Assembly (NCBI RefSeq): GCF_963921235.1
Contig: NC_086107.1
Location: 94,180,001-94,244,000, forward strand
Reading direction: 5' to 3'
Length of the DNA stretch: 64,000 nt
From: Mobula hypostoma
Lineage: Eukaryota
Below, in pieces: positions 60,711-64,000 of this stretch (position 1 is its first letter; each line of letters opens with the position of its first letter). A program made the position numbers and the translations under genes. Under the pieces are notes generated by a model, which was not told the DNA's origin, searched no databases, and was given only the letters and a program-made list of their open reading frames with translations.

Positions 60711-63700
60711 GGAATCCTTTGATTCATAATGTCCAAAAAACTAATTTATCATTCTTGAATATATCCAGGAACTGAGCTTTCATGTGTCTTGGAAACATAT
60801 TTCCTAAAAACCACAGAAAACAAGAGTAGATTGCACAGGCAAAAGGCACTGCCACCACATCTGCCCAATTGCCATCAGCCCTCAACGCCTCTAGTTCATG
60901 CCTTGAACTCAACCTTGAATGTATAATTTGACTTGAGAATCCTTTGAGGTACAGAATTTCAATGCTTCACATCTCAAGTTCTTAATTCAGTCCTATGTTG
61001 TGACTTGTATTCTTGAAACTACTTCCCTCTATCACAATCAGAATTAGTATCACTAACATGTGTTGTGAAATTTGGTGTTTTGTGGAAGCAGTACATTGCA
61101 ATAGATAATATAAGAAATAAGAAATATATATATAAAAAATTAAGCGAACAGTACAAAAAGAGAGCCAAAAAAAGTGAGATAGTGTTCATGGGTTCCTTGC
61201 TCATTCAGAAATCTGATGGCGGAGGGGAAGGCACTGTTCCTGAAACGTCTTCAGGATTTTGTACCTCCTCTCTGATGGGTGAAATGAAAAGAGAACATAT
61301 CCTTGATGGTAGGGGTCCGTAACGACGGAAACTGCCTTTTGCAGATGTCCATGATGGTGGGACATTGAAACCTCATTAAAAGATAATATACTATTCTGGA
61401 TGAAAAAATATTCTCTTCATCTCAGTGCTGAACAGGGGTGCATTTTGTTTGCAATCTCTGTGTGCTCTCCCTGGGACATTAACAAGTGCAGAATTTCCTG
61501 CTCTCACATTTTCATCACAACCAACCCAGTTATTATAACTAATTCAGCTGTGTCACCTTCAGCCTCCAGGTGATTTGGCAGATTTCACAGTCCCACAATG
61601 AAGATCACCACCCTATAACAAAAATATCCAGCTACATTGGGGGAATACCATCAACAGATTAATGAATCCAAAATAAGAACAATGTTTTAATTTTATTGGA
61701 AACTCCCTTACCTTTCAAATGCTAATTGCTACCACCTCAGTTTACACCTGTATTAGTGAGGCTAGTCCAAGTTCTCAATTTCAAAGTACGCCTAGCAAGG
61801 ATGAATGATCCGAGGATGGGAATGCATGCAGCCAACATAGTCGAGGAGCCCTCCCACATCTGCCATTCAGTCTTCTTTCCCCCCCCCCTTCCATCAGGCA
61901 GAAGATACAAAAGCCTCAGAACACATACTATCAGGTCAAAGACAGCTTGATTACAGCTGTTACAAGACTCTTGAAAGGTGAACTCTGATCTCTCAGTCTT
62001 TCCACTTGCACCTGATTTGTCTACATACTGCAGTTTCTCTGTAACTGGAACATTATGTTCTACCTTCCATTATTGTTTTCCTTTTGTACTACCCCAATGT
62101 ACTTAGCTATGGAATGATTTGTCTAGATGTCACACAGGAGATTACCCCAGTGCACGTGACAATAAAAAAACTATTACTAATATCTTCAGAACAATTTTAT
62201 TTTAAACCACATTCTAAGTCTAGGGTCCTGCTGACAGTGGACACTAAGAGAAAGTGTAACACATCAAGAAACTGCAGATTTATGGACACGGCTCCGCACA
62301 TCACAGAAACCAGCCTCCACTTGACACTTCTCACTGCTCACTAAAGCAGTCAATATAATCAAAGATCCCACCCACCCTAGTTATTCTCTCTTTTCTCCAT
62401 TCCCATCAGGCAGAAGATACACAAACCTGAAAGCACATACCATCAAGATCAAGGACAACTTCTATCCTGCTATTATAAAAAAAATTAATTGGTCCCTTAG
62501 TATGATAAGGTGGATTCTTAACTTCACAACCTGACTCATGTGACATTGCACCTTAGTGTCTAACAACACTGCACTTTCTCTGAAACAATAACACTTTATT
62601 CTGCATTCTGTTATTACTTTTCAATGCACTGTTGTGATGAAATAATTTGTATGGAAGGCATGCAAAACAAGTTTTTCACTGTACCGTTTTAGACATGACA
62701 ATAATAAACCAATTTTCTACCAGTTGGCTAGCAGTGAATTATAGACTAGAATCCACCCGAGAAGTTCAGTGATAACGCATTCAAAGCTTCCATTCATTAC
62801 CCTTATATGGATTATTTATTGTGAAGAGTCCTCACAATGAATTTAAGATCAACACTTTGAAATACTACTTGATGCTATCTGACCTGTTAGGCGTGTCTAA
62901 CCTCGTTATTTAGTTGCCTTGTGTTCTACAAGGCTAACTTACCATGAGTATTATTGCTATTAATACCATAGCGATGAACTCCCCTTTTGCTCGAGTGGAT
63001 GAGACTCTTCTGCTAACTGGGAGTAGTTGAATTCATCCACCAAATTCCCTCCTAACCTTCTGTGCTTTAACATCAAGTCCCGTATGCCCCATATAATGTT
63101 AACAACGCCTTCCGTAATCCAAGCCTTTGATAATCTTCTAAAGCTGCATTGCCTAGATTTCAACCAAATATCAGAGATTCTTAACATTTTTATCTAAACA
63201 TAAAGAATATAAATGAACTTAAAAATGCACTTGATGTGTATAAATTCTTAAATTTAAAATGAAAAAACATTATTGTGGTTCTATTGTGGTTACCACCATG
63301 ACTGGATCCTGCTTTTAACTAGGCTATGAAGATCTGTTCTAGTACCTCCAGAGTTTCTTGCTTAGATCAACTAGCAAAATAAAACTAGAATTAAAGTAAC
63401 TGTTTATTAGTGGCATAGAAAAATACCTTCCCCTTCATACATATTCTACAAAATGCAATGAGAACTACATATAGAGATGCAACAACTTGACACATAGATA
63501 CACATCAGAAGAGTCAGTGTTTTTAATGTTCACCTGGACAATGATTTGGATTCACCAGGTACCACATAGGAGAAATAACCAAATTATGATAGTAACTCCT
63601 GTGTGAAACTTGAATCCAAAACTGTCAAGGTGAGATACTTGTCAACTGAGCCAACTAGTACACTCTTTGTGTGAAGTCTTTTTTCCTATTAAACTACTGA

Positions 63701-64000
63701 TGTAACAGAGCTGAATTTTGGTCAATTGTTTTAGAAAATAGAACACCACAGCACAGGCTGTTCAGCCCACAATGTTGTGTCAACCTTTTAACCTACTCTA
63801 AGATCAGTCTAACCCTGCCCTCATAAAAAGCCCTCCATTTTTCTATATATACCTATCTAACAGCTTCTTAAGTATCCCTAACGTATCTGCCTCTATCAGC
63901 ACCCCTGGCAGGGTGTTCCACACACCCAGCACTCTCTAACTTATCTCTAACATCCCCCATATACTTTCCTCCAGTCACCTTACAATTGAATACTGTATAA

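Noticed and set aside
59452..64000. Next upstream POLD1 exon (CysA region, AVCxFC...ELYQKE-like)
   Set aside because: No matching peptide with splice sites was found by eye; it probably lies beyond the window. ORF 60724-60912 does not resemble POLD1.

Overview
This is repeat-dense vertebrate genomic DNA. The repeat families (CR1 and Rex1/Babar LINEs, V-SINE/HE1-like SINEs, Penelope-like elements, Tc1/mariner) suggest a cartilaginous fish, probably a ray; that is inference. Two genes are visible, both on the minus strand, and the ORF track misses both. (1) The last two coding exons of POLD1 (59354-59451 and 35824-35920) encode the C-terminal CysB Fe-S motif. They are separated by a 23.4-kb intron and followed by a ~1.4-kb 3' UTR. 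(2) About 33 kb further downstream are the probable first two coding exons of the ETS factor SPIB (1509-1531 and 1091-1121), matching the POLD1-SPIB order known from mammals. Nearly all long ORFs are transposon remnants or low-complexity artefacts. Most worth following up: minimal hammerhead-ribozyme motifs in the Penelope-type repeats (one sits in a 56-bp hairpin with a 13-bp target-site duplication); repeat-free islands with clustered PU.1/ETS, RUNX, EICE and octamer motifs (candidate SPIB enhancers); a templated inversion inside a CR1; several nested insertions; and a local duplication in POLD1 introns. I cannot support a wholly new biological system from the sequence alone. Repeat boundaries are approximate unless TSD or TIR positions are given.
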